From Felis catus (lineage: Eukaryota): DNA of 64,000 nt. Made by a program: the position numbers and the translations under genes. Below, piece by piece: positions 49,631 to 61,922 of the stretch. Under the pieces are notes generated by a model, which did no database searches, had not been told where the DNA came from, and was given only the letters and a program-made list of their open reading frames with translations. Within the stretch, counting starts at the first letter, position 1, and each line of letters starts with the position of its first letter. The stretch spans positions 55,554,001 through 55,618,000 of the forward strand of contig NC_058382.1 of NCBI RefSeq assembly GCF_018350175.1, given 5' to 3'.

Positions 49631-49889
49631 GTGGGATTGGAGGCTTTTTCTTTTTTTTTTTTGAAAGGAAAATAACATTTATAAATGGAAAAAAAACTGG
49701 GTCTCATAAACTAATTCAGAAACTTGGGGAAGTTCAAGGTTATCATGCTATGAATTGTTAGAGAGCCACTGTACTATAGCTAACAATAAAAAAGGGCAAA
49801 TAATATTGGCTGGGGGGGGGACTGTGAGGGTTTTGGGCTTGTGACAAAGTGGAGGGTCACAGGGCGTCCTTGCTGAAAACAGATCCATG

Positions 49890-50650
49890 AAGTAACCACT
49901 TCAATGTTTTTGATTTTTTCGACCACACAGGTAATGCATGAACGTTAAAAAACAAGAAACAAAACTTAAACATTATGAGTAAGTCTTAAGTTGCCTTGAC
50001 CGTTGCCAGCAACCCCTAAGGAATTCGTCCATATGAGGAGCCATCACTCTTCTTGGTGTAGATCCTTTTAAACCTTTGTGTATGTGTCTTTACCCTAAGC
50101 TTCTTATCTTGGACAGTGGGTAGTATTGATTATTGTGTGTGTTTCCTTCAGCACCGTGTCTTAGAGACTTCTCCATCTTGGGACATACAGATTTATCTCG
50201 TGGTTTGTGTACTGCGTTGTATTTCATTATATGATCGCATACGGCAGCTCACTCTGACAGTCCCCTATTGATGTATATCTAGGACATCTGTGGTGTTTTG
50301 CTTTCACCATCCATGTTCTGGTGAACATCCTTGAACGCGTCTCTTTGTGGACTCTGTGCTTCTCCAGGGTGGCTATGAAAAGTGAAATTGCTGAGTCACG
50401 GGGGATGCACCTTTAAATGTTAATAGATCCTGGCAAATTGCCCTCGAAAGCTCCTGTACGAAATTATGCTCCCACTTGCAGTTTTGAGAGAACCATTTCC
50501 TCGCATCAATGACATTAGCTAACTTCTTAATTTTTGCCCATGCGAAGTGCTTTTTAATTTGCAAGTCCCTGAACACTGGAAATGATCAACATCTTTTTGT
50601 GTATTTGTTGGCTATTTGTATTTTCTCTTTTGTGTACACTCTATTCCTAT
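49890..50650 (-). mobile_element. L1ME-type fragment
   Basis: gtgaacatccttgaac; aaaagtgaaattgctgagtca; ggcaaattgccctcgaaag; catctttttgtgtatttgttggctatttgtattttctc. Confidence 0.75.
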
Positions 50651-51279
50651 TCTTCCTCATCAGTATCCTAGTGTATTTCATTTGTAGACTCCTGAGAGTA
50701 GGAATGGTCTCTCTTGTCCCTTGTTTTGTCTCCCATGCCCAGCATAGTGTGTCATGAAATGACTGCCCAAATACTTGTTGACATGATCCAAGTAAGTCAT
50801 CATAACCTTTAACCTAAGCATCATAACTTTGTGCTGTTTTTCAAAAACACAGTCTCAAATCTCCTTCTCAGGAGAGAGCATTAAAGCAGAGTATTAGGCC
50901 TTTTATAGAAAAATCAGACCCCAGTCACTTTTGCTAATAGACAGTTGCCCTAGAACATGAAGTCAAAAGACCTCTAGGCACCTTAGAATTCATTCAAGCT
51001 CGTGTGGGACTAAGATGGCCCTGCAGAGTACTTATTCTGACCATCACTTTTGTCTGATCAAGACTACCTATACATCAACAAAATGTGTCCCCTAACTATG
51101 TACTTTTTTGAGAGGTGGTTACTAACATTTGGAAACTAAAATACTTGAAGTACATGTCCAGAATCCTGGATTTCCTTGAAAAACGGTAGACCCAGGGACA
51201 GTGGGAATTTTAGAAGAGGGAGTCCTCTCCAGTTTACCATACTTCCTGACTCTTTGGCTTCTGAAGACATTTGAATCTT

Positions 51280-51498
51280 GGGGTGCCTGGGTGGCTCAGT
51301 CGGTTAAGCATCTGACTTCAGCTCAGGTCATGATCTCACGGCTTATGAGTTCAAGCCCTGCTTTGGGCTCTGTTCTGACAGCTCAGAGCCTGGAGCCTGC
51401 TTCGGATTCTGTGTCCCTCTGTCTCTTTGCCCCTCACCCACTCGTGCTCTGTATTTCTCCCTCTTAAGAATAAATAAAACATTAAAAAAATTAAAAAA
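51280..51498 (+). mobile_element. SINEC
   Basis: 17-bp TSD TGAAGACATTTGAATCT at 51262-51278 and 51501-51517. Confidence 0.97.
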
Positions 51499-51974
51499 TG
51501 TGAAGACATTTGAATCTGGTATACAATACAGTTAGAAATAAAAGTAACCTGTTTTTTTTTTTTTTTTTTAAAAAAAGGACAGAAAACCCAAACTACAAAG
51601 CAGTGTGGGATGAGTACCAGCTAGGTGATGCTATATAGTTTCCAGAGAATTCTGGAAGAAGAAAGGGCCTGGAAGGCTGGGGTAGTCACAACAGATATAT
51701 TGTGAATTAACTGGGCCTTGAAGGGTGGGCAGACCTTGCTGGGTCAGGAGAGGGTAAAAGTGAAGGAAGGTGAGGGGTAGCAGTGTTAGTGGAAGTTCAA
51801 GTAATACTGAGGAGGTTGTTGTAGAGAGTGTGTGCATTTCCTTGGCTTGAAATTCACAAAGACCAGGAGCATTCCTATTGTTCAGGATGGCCTTGAAGCC
51901 TGCAAAGTTGAATGGGAAATTTTGTTGGCATTTTCTCCCCTGGAAATAGGATCCAGTGTTTCCAGCAGATTCTT

Positions 51975-52199
51975 TTTTTTTTTTTAATTTTTTTTTCAAC
52001 GTTTATTTATTTTTGGGACAGAGAGAGACAGAGCATGAACAGGGGAAGGGCAGAGAGAGAGGGAGACACAGAATCGGAAACAGGCTCCAGGCTCTGAGCC
52101 ATCAGCCCAGAGCCCAACGCGGGGCTCGAACTCACAGACCGCGAGATCGTGACCTGGCTGAAGTCGGACGCTTAACCGACTGCGCCACCCAGGCGCCCC
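51975..52199 (-). mobile_element. Young SINEC_Fc
   Basis: CpG-rich, long T tract; perfect TSD TCCAGCAGATTCTT at 51961-51974 and 52200-52213. Confidence 0.98.
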
Positions 52200-52436
52200 T
52201 CCAGCAGATTCTTAACAGACCTCATGAGCCCCCACATGGCAAGAATGACTTGTACAGAGAGATATAGAGGGATAATGTTAGGAATGTGATTTGGGGACAG
52301 TCTGTAGAGGGCTTTGGCTTCCCAGTGAAGAGTCTTGATCCTGTAGGTGACCGGGAGTCTATGAATGTTACTTAGATGATTTCAGAATAGCGACCACTTA
52401 TTACTACTTTTTATGTTCCTCACACTATGCTGAGCT

Positions 52437-53215
52437 TTTTTTTTTTTTTTAATTGAGTTGAAATTCACATAGGATCAAATTAGTCATTTTAAAACATACA
52501 ATTCTGGGGGCACCTGGGTGGCTCAGTCGGTTGAGTGTCCGAAGGTCATGATCTCATGGTTCGTGGGTTCAAGCCCCATGTCAGGCTCTGTGCTGACAGC
52601 TCAGATCCTGGAGCTAGCTTTGGATTCTGTGTCTCCCTCTCTCTCTGCCCCTCCCCCACTCACACTCTGTCTCTCAAAAATGAATAAACACGAAAATAAA
52701 TGTACAATTCTGTGGCATTTAGTACACCCACCACCTCAGTCTAGTCCCAAGAGTTTTCATCAGCCTACAAGGAAACCCCATAACCATTAAGCAGTCACTC
52801 CCTATTCCCTCCTCCCCCCAGCCCCACTAGTCTTCTTCTGTTTCTATAGATTTATCAGTCCTGGATATTTCATAGGAACGGAATCATACAGTTTATAGAC
52901 TTGTGTGCCTGGCTTCTGTTACTCAGTGTGACTCTTTTGAGGTTCCTCCATATTGTAGCATGCATCAGCACTTCATTCCTTTTTATGCCTGATGCAATAT
53001 TCCGTTGTATAGATGTGCCACATTTTGTTTATCCATTAATCCCTGTCATCCATTGATGGCCATTTGGGCTTTCTGCACCCTTTGGTTATTGTGAATGGAG
53101 CTGCTACGAACATTCATGTATGAGTATCTGAGTACTTGTTTTTAATTCTTTTGTTTAGAAGTAGCATTTCTGATTCATATGGTAATTTTACTTTTAATTT
53201 TTTGAGGCTTTGCTG
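52437..53215 (-). mobile_element. L1MB-type 3' end
   Basis: T tract, aattgagttgaaattcacatag..; accattaagcagtcactccctattccctcctccccc; tccattgatggccatttggg. Confidence 0.88.
52507..52697 (+). mobile_element. SINEC inserted in L1MB
   Basis: TSD AAA(CA/TG)TACAATTCTG at 52492-52506 and 52698-52712. Confidence 0.95.
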
Positions 53216-53239
53216 ATCTGTATCTTTTCTCCTTCTTAA

Positions 53240-53425
53240 TCTTCTTACCAACCAGTGAGGAAGGGCTATCATTACCCCTTAGAGATAAGAAATTGGAGGC
53301 AAGAAGACTGAGACCCAGAGAAGTTAAGTGGCTCTCCTAAGGTTGCATAGCTGTTAAGTGGCAGGGTTGGGATTTGAGCCCAGGACTGGGTCTGATTTCA
53401 GAATGCAAGCCCTTATCCATATGCA
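53240..53425 (-). mobile_element. MIR
   Basis: actgagacccagagaagttaagtggctctcctaaggttgcatagctgttaagtggcagggttgggatttgagcccagg. Confidence 0.8.
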
Positions 53426-53964
53426 GCCCTGACTCTCCTACAGCACCTAAGGAGGGTGGTATCATGCATCAAGAAATGGATTTGTTTTCTCGGTCAGAGA
53501 ACTGTTAATTGAAAGAAAAATTTTATTCTTGCTGCAGGAATTTACCTATTGTCAAAGCTACAAAGCCACCTACTGTCACTTAAACTGAACAAGAGTTTTA
53601 CCATCAAAGGGAAAATGAACACAGTCTCTGTGGGCGCTTTTCTGCTCACTTGTGCAGGCAGACATTGTTGCCACCTGGAGGGAGAAGAGACACTTATTCT
53701 CCCAGCCTTTCCCCCTTTCAGTGCCCTTGTGGCCATGCCTTTAGTCTCTAATCACCTCCAAGCCTTTTGCCCCTTGAGGACTGGTGATTTCAATTACAGT
53801 GGAACTCTCAAACAGCTTGTCTGAGTGGGAAGTCGCACAAATGTCTGAGTTTTCGTTTCATGCAGGACGATCCTACTGTTTGCCAGGGAGAACCCAGGAT
53901 AAGTGGTGTTCGTTAGGATTAATACCCATTGAATGGAAATGTAAATTTGATCACAGATAGCCCT

Positions 53965-54192
53965 GTTTTTAATGTGTATATATTTATTTTTGAGAGAGAG
54001 AGAGAGAGAGCGAGCGAGCGAGTGCACACGCAGGGGCGGGGGACAGAAAGAGAGGGAGCCACAGGATCCAAAGTAGGCTCCAGGCTCTGAGCTATCATCA
54101 CAGAGCCTGATGTGGGGCTCAAACCCATGAATCATGAGATCATGACCTGAGCCGAAGTCGGACACTCAACCAGCGGAGCCACCCAGGCGCTC
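53965..54192 (-). mobile_element. SINEC, left member of tandem pair
   Basis: Flanked by CACAGATAGCCCT 53952-53964 and CACAGATAGGCCT 54193-54205. Confidence 0.95.
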
Positions 54193-54205
54193 CACAGATA
54201 GGCCT

Positions 54206-54407
54206 TTTTTTTTTTTTAAAGTTTATTTATTTATTTTGAGAGACAGCGAGAGAGTGTGTGAGTGAGTAGTGGACGGAGAGAGAGAGGGAGAGACAGAGAA
54301 TCCCAAGCACAGAGCCTGATGCAGGGATCAAATTCATGAACTATGAGATTAGGACCTGACCAAAATCAGGCATTGGACGCTTAACCAACTGAGCCACCCA
54401 TGTGGCC
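54206..54407 (-). mobile_element. SINEC, right member of tandem pair, internally deleted
   Basis: Flanked by CACAGATAGGCCT 54193-54205 and CACACATAGCCCT 54408-54420. Confidence 0.93.
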
Positions 54408-54929
54408 CACACATAGCCCTTTTTGAAACGAGACCCCAGGGTGACTGAGAAGTAAGACAGGAGCAAACAGAGGCTCTACTGGGCTCATCACAACTGAGAC
54501 CTGGTAAATGCTGAAAAGTGAAATTGATCTTCTGAGACACACGATTGCTAGAAAGTGCCAGCATCACTGTGGGGGCAGACAGGCAGCAAAATTTCTGTTG
54601 TATCTCCTACCCTAGAAGTACTTAACAGCCTAGCTATATCCTCAGGTGCTCCCATCTTGCTCTAAAGTGGCATCTTTTTTCAGCCTACCCGAGGGGGAGA
54701 GTCACTTCAGACACCTGAGTATGTTAATAGCTGGCTGCCAACCAAGGTGTGTGATATTGAAGCACAAAATTACATTTCTAAATAACTCCTTAAACCCTTT
54801 TGGTATACTGCAATCTGTTGTATATCTCATAAATAAAAGCCTTTGGAATGTACCTTGATTTATGTTTCTGTGTGTGTGTCTTGATTTGTACTTAGCCATT
54901 AAGTTGGGCAGCTTTCATTTGGTCCTCTA

Positions 54930-55345
54930 GACCCACCGGTGAATTCTTTTGCCCTCTAGTTTCTCACTGGCTTTGGCCAATGGGAGGTGCCTGCAGGAGA
55001 TTGGAGGGAAGGAAGGACAAAATGGAGTTGAGCACATTTGAATTCCTAATTCATGTCCTGATGGGACACAGGTCAGTAGTAGTTATGTTTCTCTGTGGTG
55101 GCCTGCAGCTCCTATCAAGTGGCCCTCTCACAAATCTATAGATATTATTGAGTTCTGGTTACCCTTCCTCCACTTGTTGTCCCTTCAGTATTAGGGGGTG
55201 GTTTCAGCTTCCCACTTTTTGCTAGCTCTGGAGGGTCTGTGTTCCTTGTGGGTTTTCTTCAGCTAGCCCACAGCTCTATAAAGAGTCCGTATAAACTCTC
55301 TCTCACCCTCTTCAGCATCCCATCTGTTTCCTGCCATGACATTTT
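54930..55345 (+). mobile_element. LTR33-like ERVL LTR
   Basis: tttggccaatgggaggtgcctgcaggagattggaggg...cccttcag..ggggtggtttcagcttcccac...catctgtttcctgcc. Confidence 0.7.
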
Positions 55346-56456
55346 CTGGGACTCAATACCCAGTATTTCCTGTCCCTATGGCAAGTATCTGATAGTTGAC
55401 AGGATGAGGTAAGAATTCCAAGGCTGGAAAACAGAATACAGGTCAACTAAGCATCAACCTATGGCACCATTATCTTTGCCTAATGGGACTGGACCAGAGA
55501 ATAGGAGATCTGAGAACAGGAGAACAGAAGGCTGAAGAACTTGGTCAGGAAATGGAATCAGCAGAGGAAACTGGAAGAGAAGTTGCCTAGAAGTTGCATG
55601 CAGAATAGAAGAAATAAAAGTAACATTCTGACCAGAGTTATTACTGTGTAGTGACTTGGGCCATTGGGTGAGATGGTCTGTGGGTTTCAGCTAAGCACAC
55701 TCAGTTCACTTTAATACGTGCCCTGTTGCTAGAGGAACTTTTCCCTTTCCTTAGCATACCTAGAAAAGGGGCACCTTCCATTTCCCACCTCTTCTTTCCA
55801 GGATCTGAGCTCCTTGCAGGTTCCTGGAATGACCCAGATCATTTCTTGCTTCTGTCCTTTCTCAAATAGTCCCCATTTGATAGCTTTTCTACCATGGTAA
55901 TTCTTAGTCTTTCTTTAAGACCCAGTCAACTATGATAATTGTTAGTCATTCTCTAGATGGTCTGAAAGGCTTGGGAAGTCTGATGGAGATACCCTTCTGG
56001 GCCCCCACAGCATCATCCTAGTCTTCTCCCACATTCCCCCACTGCTGGGACATGAAATCTGTCCAATAGGATTTTGGTTCCACTTACTTGTGCAAGAAGT
56101 AGTTTAGTAATTGTGATTAGCGGAGAGAACATTAAAAATTAAAACATTTTGGAGATCTTTGGGAATAGTGGGATTAAAAAAAAGTCTACTGATACTTTGA
56201 GATTGGGAAAGGGGCCCCCAGCAGTTCCGAAAAATTCTATTTCAGAAGGTAAAGACACTTCTAAGTATGAAACCAGACTCCTTATACATTAAATAAGATG
56301 GAATACATCAACAGTGAGTTCAAAGGGAAGCAAAATCCCTTAAGATTGAGGGGAAGAAGTCTTAGGGTAAGAGGGCATTTTCATCATGGTTCACTAAGCT
56401 TCTTGCCCTAGGAGGGCCCAGATAAATATGTGTGAAGAGAACTACATAGATCTGTT

Positions 56457-56990
56457 TGTCGTGGTGTATGTTGGAAATCCTCAAGAGCACTCCCAGGCTT
56501 CGTGATTTGCTAGGAGGATTCATGAACTCAGCATATAATCATACTGATTTACTACAGGAAAAGGTTACAAAGCAAAATCAGCACAGGGTAAAGGTGCATG
56601 GGCCAAAGAAACCAGGCGTTAGCTTCCCAGAGTCCTCTCCAGTGGAGTCATACAGGGTGTGCTTAATCCCCCCAGCTTTGAGTTGTGACAGCATGTGAAA
56701 TCTTGTCTGACAGGGAAGTTCATCAGAGACTCAGTGCCCAGGATTTTTATTGGGGGTTGTCGCATTGGCACCCTCTGCCTGGCATATGCCCAGATTCCAG
56801 ACTTGCAGAAGGAAAATGGGTATTCATTATAACTGATATTGTTTTCACAGTTTAGGCATAGTGAGCCCTCTTCTCAATGCTGGGAATGGTAGGAACCCTC
56901 TCCAAATCCAAGTTTGCAGATGCCAGCCAAGGGCCAGCCTTGCAGGCAGGTCTTTCTACGGATAGTAGTCCTCAATTCTGCTGTTTGCTT
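56457..56990 (-). mobile_element. MER21-like LTR
   Basis: caaagcaaaatcagca..gagtcctctccagtggagtca..gagttgtgacagcatgtgaaa..agagactcagtgcccagg. Confidence 0.85.
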
Positions 56991-58218
56991 CCCCCCCCCC
57001 AACGTGATGTCATGTGTATTACCCCTGGTTAAAGTAGTCATCTTTGGAGTTCCCCAGCAAATACATTTTCCTTCTCCTTAGATCCCATGAAGAATTGGAA
57101 CTTCCTGGAATATCAGTTCAGATTTCTTTTTCCACATTTCTAAACCTCAAAGGCACTGCTAACAGTTGGCTTTGATTAAGTTGCTACCCACAGCCCCCTT
57201 CTCCTTTGCATCCCATCCTGAGGGGCTTAAGTCCAAGTTCCCAAGGGCCATCACTACTTCATGTAAGACTCATCTCTCAAAGTTTTTCCAGGGGTTAAAT
57301 CCTATGTCACAGGAGGGTTTCCCTTCAAATCAACTCCCTTTTATACCCAAAGCTTTCTATTTTGCCCCTATTCACTAAGCATCCTAGTCATCCTCTCATG
57401 GTTTTTGCTCAGTCATATTAACCAGGTTCCTGTGACTATGATGGCATGTGTTTCTCTCTCTCTAGCAGGCCCAACACTTGCTCATCGGGTTAGGTTGAGA
57501 GTCAACCCTTGGTGTTGGTCTGATAGCCAGCAGAGAAGGTGGGAACATCGTTTTGTCAGGCACCTGTCCCATTAGAGGTTTTGCTTATTCTTCAAACAAG
57601 GGAAGGGGACTGTCTTCCAACAAGAGGGAGGAAGACACTTCAGCAGGACCAGAGGGTTAAGGGTAATCAAGTGCATCTTCCCAGATATCCCCACCCCAAG
57701 TCTCTGAGTCCCACTCCTTCCTGTCAGGGTCCTGACTTTGGTGTAGGAATCCAGCCTTCTCTGAAGTTCTGGAGATACAGTTAAGTCCTGTGTATCTTCT
57801 TCAGCTCTTTTATTTCATGCTGAAGAAGATCACGGTTTCTTTAAATACTGCCAAGGGAAGCTATCTGACACAATTAGCTCTAAATTGTTGAATGACTGCC
57901 CTGAGGCTGTCATTTTTTCTCGTCAATGCATTCATGGTATTTAGCAAAAACCACCTAAATTCACAATCCTGATTATTACTGTATATCTTATACCTCTCCA
58001 ACAGTAGAAATGTTGCAGAAAACAGTGCTTTCACTTCCACCTATAGCTTGTCTTAGGTGAAAGTCTTAGCAATTGCACTGTGGCCATATGTCAGGGGTAG
58101 ATGATGCTTCACCTCTCACCAGGGATCGACTCATTGCCAATCAGCGACCCAACTCTAGAATCCCTTCCTTTGAGTCTGGTTCTCAAGAGTTCTCCTCATA
58201 CCAACTCTCTTAGGTCAG

Positions 58219-58704
58219 TGTAGGAGGCAGAATAATAGCCCCAAAGATATCCATGTCCTAATCCCCCAAATCTGCAAGTATGTTACCTGACACGGGAAAG
58301 GGGATTTTGCCAATGTGATGAAGTGAAGGGTCTTCACTTCACCACAACATGGGGAGATTAGCCAGGGTTATCCCAGGTGGGTCCAATGCATTTATAAGAG
58401 TCATTATAAGAGGGATGCAGGAGGGGTCAGAGTCAGAGAAGGTGATGTGACAGTGGAAGAAAAGTTTGCAGTGATGTGGGGCCAGGAGTCAGAGAATACA
58501 GGTGACTTCTAGATATTGGAAAAGGCAAGGAATGGGTTGTCCCCGAGAGTCTGCAGGGGGACATAGCCCTACCAACATCTTGATTTAGCTCAGTAAGATC
58601 TGGGTCAGATTTCTGACCTCTAGAACTGTAAGATAATACATTTGCATTGCTTTAGCTGCCAGCTTTGTGGTAATTTGTTACAACAGTGATAGGAAATGGA
58701 TATA
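58219..58704 (+). mobile_element. MLT1D-like MaLR LTR
   Basis: tgtaggaggcagaataatagccccaaagatatccatgtcctaatcccc...ttctgacctctagaactgtaagataata..tgtggtaatttgttaca. Confidence 0.9.
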
Positions 58705-59130
58705 GTTGAGTTCCCTAGAAGCAGAGCCAGAGTCAGGGATTTGGGTACACATGATTTATTGAGAGAATGCTCTCAGGAGACCCCTGTAAGAGAGCAAGAA
58801 GACAAGATGAAAAGGATTGCTAAGCAAGGGTGTGGCCCTGATTAAAATCTAGCCTTGGCCTGATTCATGTTGGTGCTGTGGGCATAAGGTACACTGAAGC
58901 ATTATTCTCTCTTGAGGCAAGGAGGCTGCCCTTTGATTCTGGTTTCAGGCAGTCATTGGCAGCCCCTGGGTTGGTGATGGTGGTGGGGTTGGGGGGCAGC
59001 ATGTACCCTCCTAGATGACATGACTCCTGTCAGCAGAGCCTTTCTCTGAGAAGAGAGACACCTGTGACCTTTTGGCAGCCAACATTCACAGCAGCTGGGG
59101 ACTGGGTGCACGGTCCCCATCATGGAGACC
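58705..59130 (-). mobile_element. LTR16C-like ERVL LTR
   Basis: gttccctagaagcagagcc..gatttattgagagaatgctctcaggaga...gcagccaacattcacagcagctgggg. Confidence 0.75.
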
Positions 59131-60109
59131 CTTGTACCGAGCAGAACTTGAACACTCCAGTGAGACCATCTGATATGCCAGACCAGAGGGGGGAAAAGTA
59201 CGTAATCATTGGTGGCTTTCCTAGCCTGACTGCTTTGGTCTCCAAATGTGGACTCAATCTTTCATAAAAGCAGCAATGTGAATTCAGCTGCCTAGTAACC
59301 AGTTACTTGGTGGGTTTGCAGAATTCAGCTATTTTACTGAATTCTTCCAACTTCTGTTTTAATTTATCCAAGCAACCTTGGCTTGCCCTGGTTGATTGGT
59401 GGTCTTGCAGTTAGCATTAGGCCACTGGCATGATCATATCTGAGTGAGAAGCCTCTTGAACTAATTGACTTGCCTGGGAATTTTTGGCTGGTCTGGGACC
59501 TCCAAGGGGGCAGCGCTGGTCCTTGAATACTAATTGTTGGTCTGTCACATGATTTGATCAACACAGGAAGCGGGACACCAGTAGACAGTCTCCAGTAGAG
59601 ATAGGATTTCAGCCTTAATTATTTTACCCCTTGACGGCACAAGGAATGCATCCAAACTGATGGAAAATGGGATTCTTCACTGAGCCGCATCGTGCCCCAG
59701 ATCCGTAATTTGATACAAAAGCTTCACACAAATTGAAATTAAAATGAATTTTAGATGCTTCCTCCCATCAAAGCAGTTTGCACCAGCAGGCTTCTCTCTT
59801 TCATGGGTTTGCTATAGAAATAGGAGGAACCCGGCGACTTTACTGTTAGTTACTGTGGAAGTAACACAGTCTCCCTGCTTGTCAACTGCAGGCAAGAAAA
59901 TGAAATAAAATGAAAACCAATTGGAGGTCTAATTATCCTTTTCAAAATGACTTCATCCTGTAGAGTGGCCCACTGAATACATAAAAGACACCTTTCTTTT
60001 CCTTTCTTCTTTTCCCTTGGGGTGTTTGGGGCCACACTAACAGAGGGGTCATACTGGGATTCAGGAGATGAGGCGCTCAGTGTTTGAGTCTCACTTACCT
60101 GCTTGATAG

Positions 60110-60345
60110 CACTTACAGAGGGAGTGGCTTTCTGCCAAGCATTGTTGAAGCACTCCTCAGATAGAGACACATTTATTTCTCATAATGACTCGATGAGGTA
60201 AGTACTGATATTATTGCTATATTAGAGAAACTAAGGAACAGAGAGGTGAAGTGATTTGTTCAAAGTCACACAGCTAGTAAGAAGCACCAGAATTGGAATT
60301 TGAACCTGGGTAGTCTGGCTCCAAGTTCAGGATCTTAATACATTG
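60110..60345 (-). mobile_element. MIR
   Basis: gaaactaaggaacagagaggtgaagtgatttgttcaaagtcacacagctagtaag..tttgaacctgggtagtctggctcca. Confidence 0.85.
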
Positions 60346-60479
60346 TGTTTTTCCTTGTTGTGCCAAATCTGGTCAGAGTTTGGTTTTCATAAAGAAAGCA
60401 AAAGCAAATCTCCCATATATCCCATCTCGTGACAGCCTCATGGTAGGGCAGGCCTTTGGTCACAGAAGGGCCAGGAGTG

Positions 60480-61160
60480 CAGATCGAGGTGTGTTCACAG
60501 CATATCCCAAGGGTCATCCTTGAATATGAAGCGCCCCCCCCACCCCTCCATATTCTTATTCACACAAGGGTCATATTATGCATACTATTCTGCTCTAGCT
60601 TCTTTCTTTTAATATGTCAACTTGGAGTTAACTTCTTTCTTGCTTACATTTGCCTGGTGTTTACCATGTACACTATCCATAATTTAACCAGAGCGCTGTT
60701 CCCAGATATTAGATTGTTCACAGTTTTCTGTCAGTAAGAGCATCGATGTGATGAATATCTGTATGTAGCCAGGTTTGGTTTTGTAAGTTTATTCCTTGGG
60801 CAGATTCCTAGCTGCAGGATTGCTGGGATGAAGGACATGCACGGTTTTAATAGTGATGGCTCCTGCCTCATTGCTCTCCAGACACGTTGCTCCTCTAATC
60901 CATATTGTCCCCCAAAGTAGATGGAAAATACCTGTTTCTTCACACCCTTGCCAGGGTTGTATATCAGAAAGCACACATCTATGTGATAAGTGAGGAATGC
61001 TATCTTATTGTTGTTTTGATTAATTATGAGCAGTGCTAAGCATCTCTTCATTGCTTATTGGCTAGCTATATTTGTGTTTCTGTGAACTGTTTCCTTGAAT
61101 GCTTTGTCCTTTTTTTCCCCCAGTTGAGTTCTTTATCTTTTTCTTAGTGATTTGTAGGTA
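60480..61160 (-). mobile_element. L1ME-type fragment
   Basis: ttccttgggcagattcctagctgcaggattgctgggatgaaggacatgcac; catctcttcattgcttattggc. Confidence 0.75.
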
Positions 61161-61922
61161 CCTCCTTCTTTTCTTAAAGCCTTGGAGGGCTCTAGCTCTT
61201 TAGTTTATAGCTGGCCTTGTACACTCGCCTGGAAAGACTTTGCTTGGAACTAACTTTCCTCTTTCTTTTCCTTTGCTTTTCTCCCCTTTAATCTTTATTT
61301 CCGAGTACAGTGCCATGCACCCTGTGGACACAATAAACATGTGCTGATTGACTGTTTTATTTATCTGATTTTTATGGCTTCTTTCCTCTGAAGAGCTCCA
61401 CAGACTTTATAGTCATTAACTCGATAACCCTCAAAGCACTCTAGTGTGGCAGCTGTAATTACTGTCGGGGTTTTTGAGATGGTGAAACAGAAGAGCCAAG
61501 ATTCTCCAGAATTATTCTTTGAGGGCCTCAGGAGGGGTCCTTGAGTGGGGGGAGTTCAGCCCCTCCACAAGCTCTGGACCAAAAGAGTATATAAAAGGGT
61601 CCTAGTCAGAATGACTGCAGATTGATGGGTGGACGATCATTGGGTCGCCAACAATTTCTCCAAGCCTCCTCCTCTAACTGTTCTCAGAGTGAAGTAAGAA
61701 CGAACAGCAGTTATGTGTGCCTGGTTCACGTCCTAGTGCCTCGTCAACAACTGTGTGGTTATGGGCAATAATGGTAACTGCTGTTTACTGGGCTCTTACG
61801 TATGCTAGACTATATGCCAAACATTTTTCATGCACTGCCTCACTTGGCCCTCAGAGCAATTCCGTGACATGCCAAAAGGTTAAGTAACTGGCCAGTAGTA
61901 CATGGAACTAACTGTTGATGTT

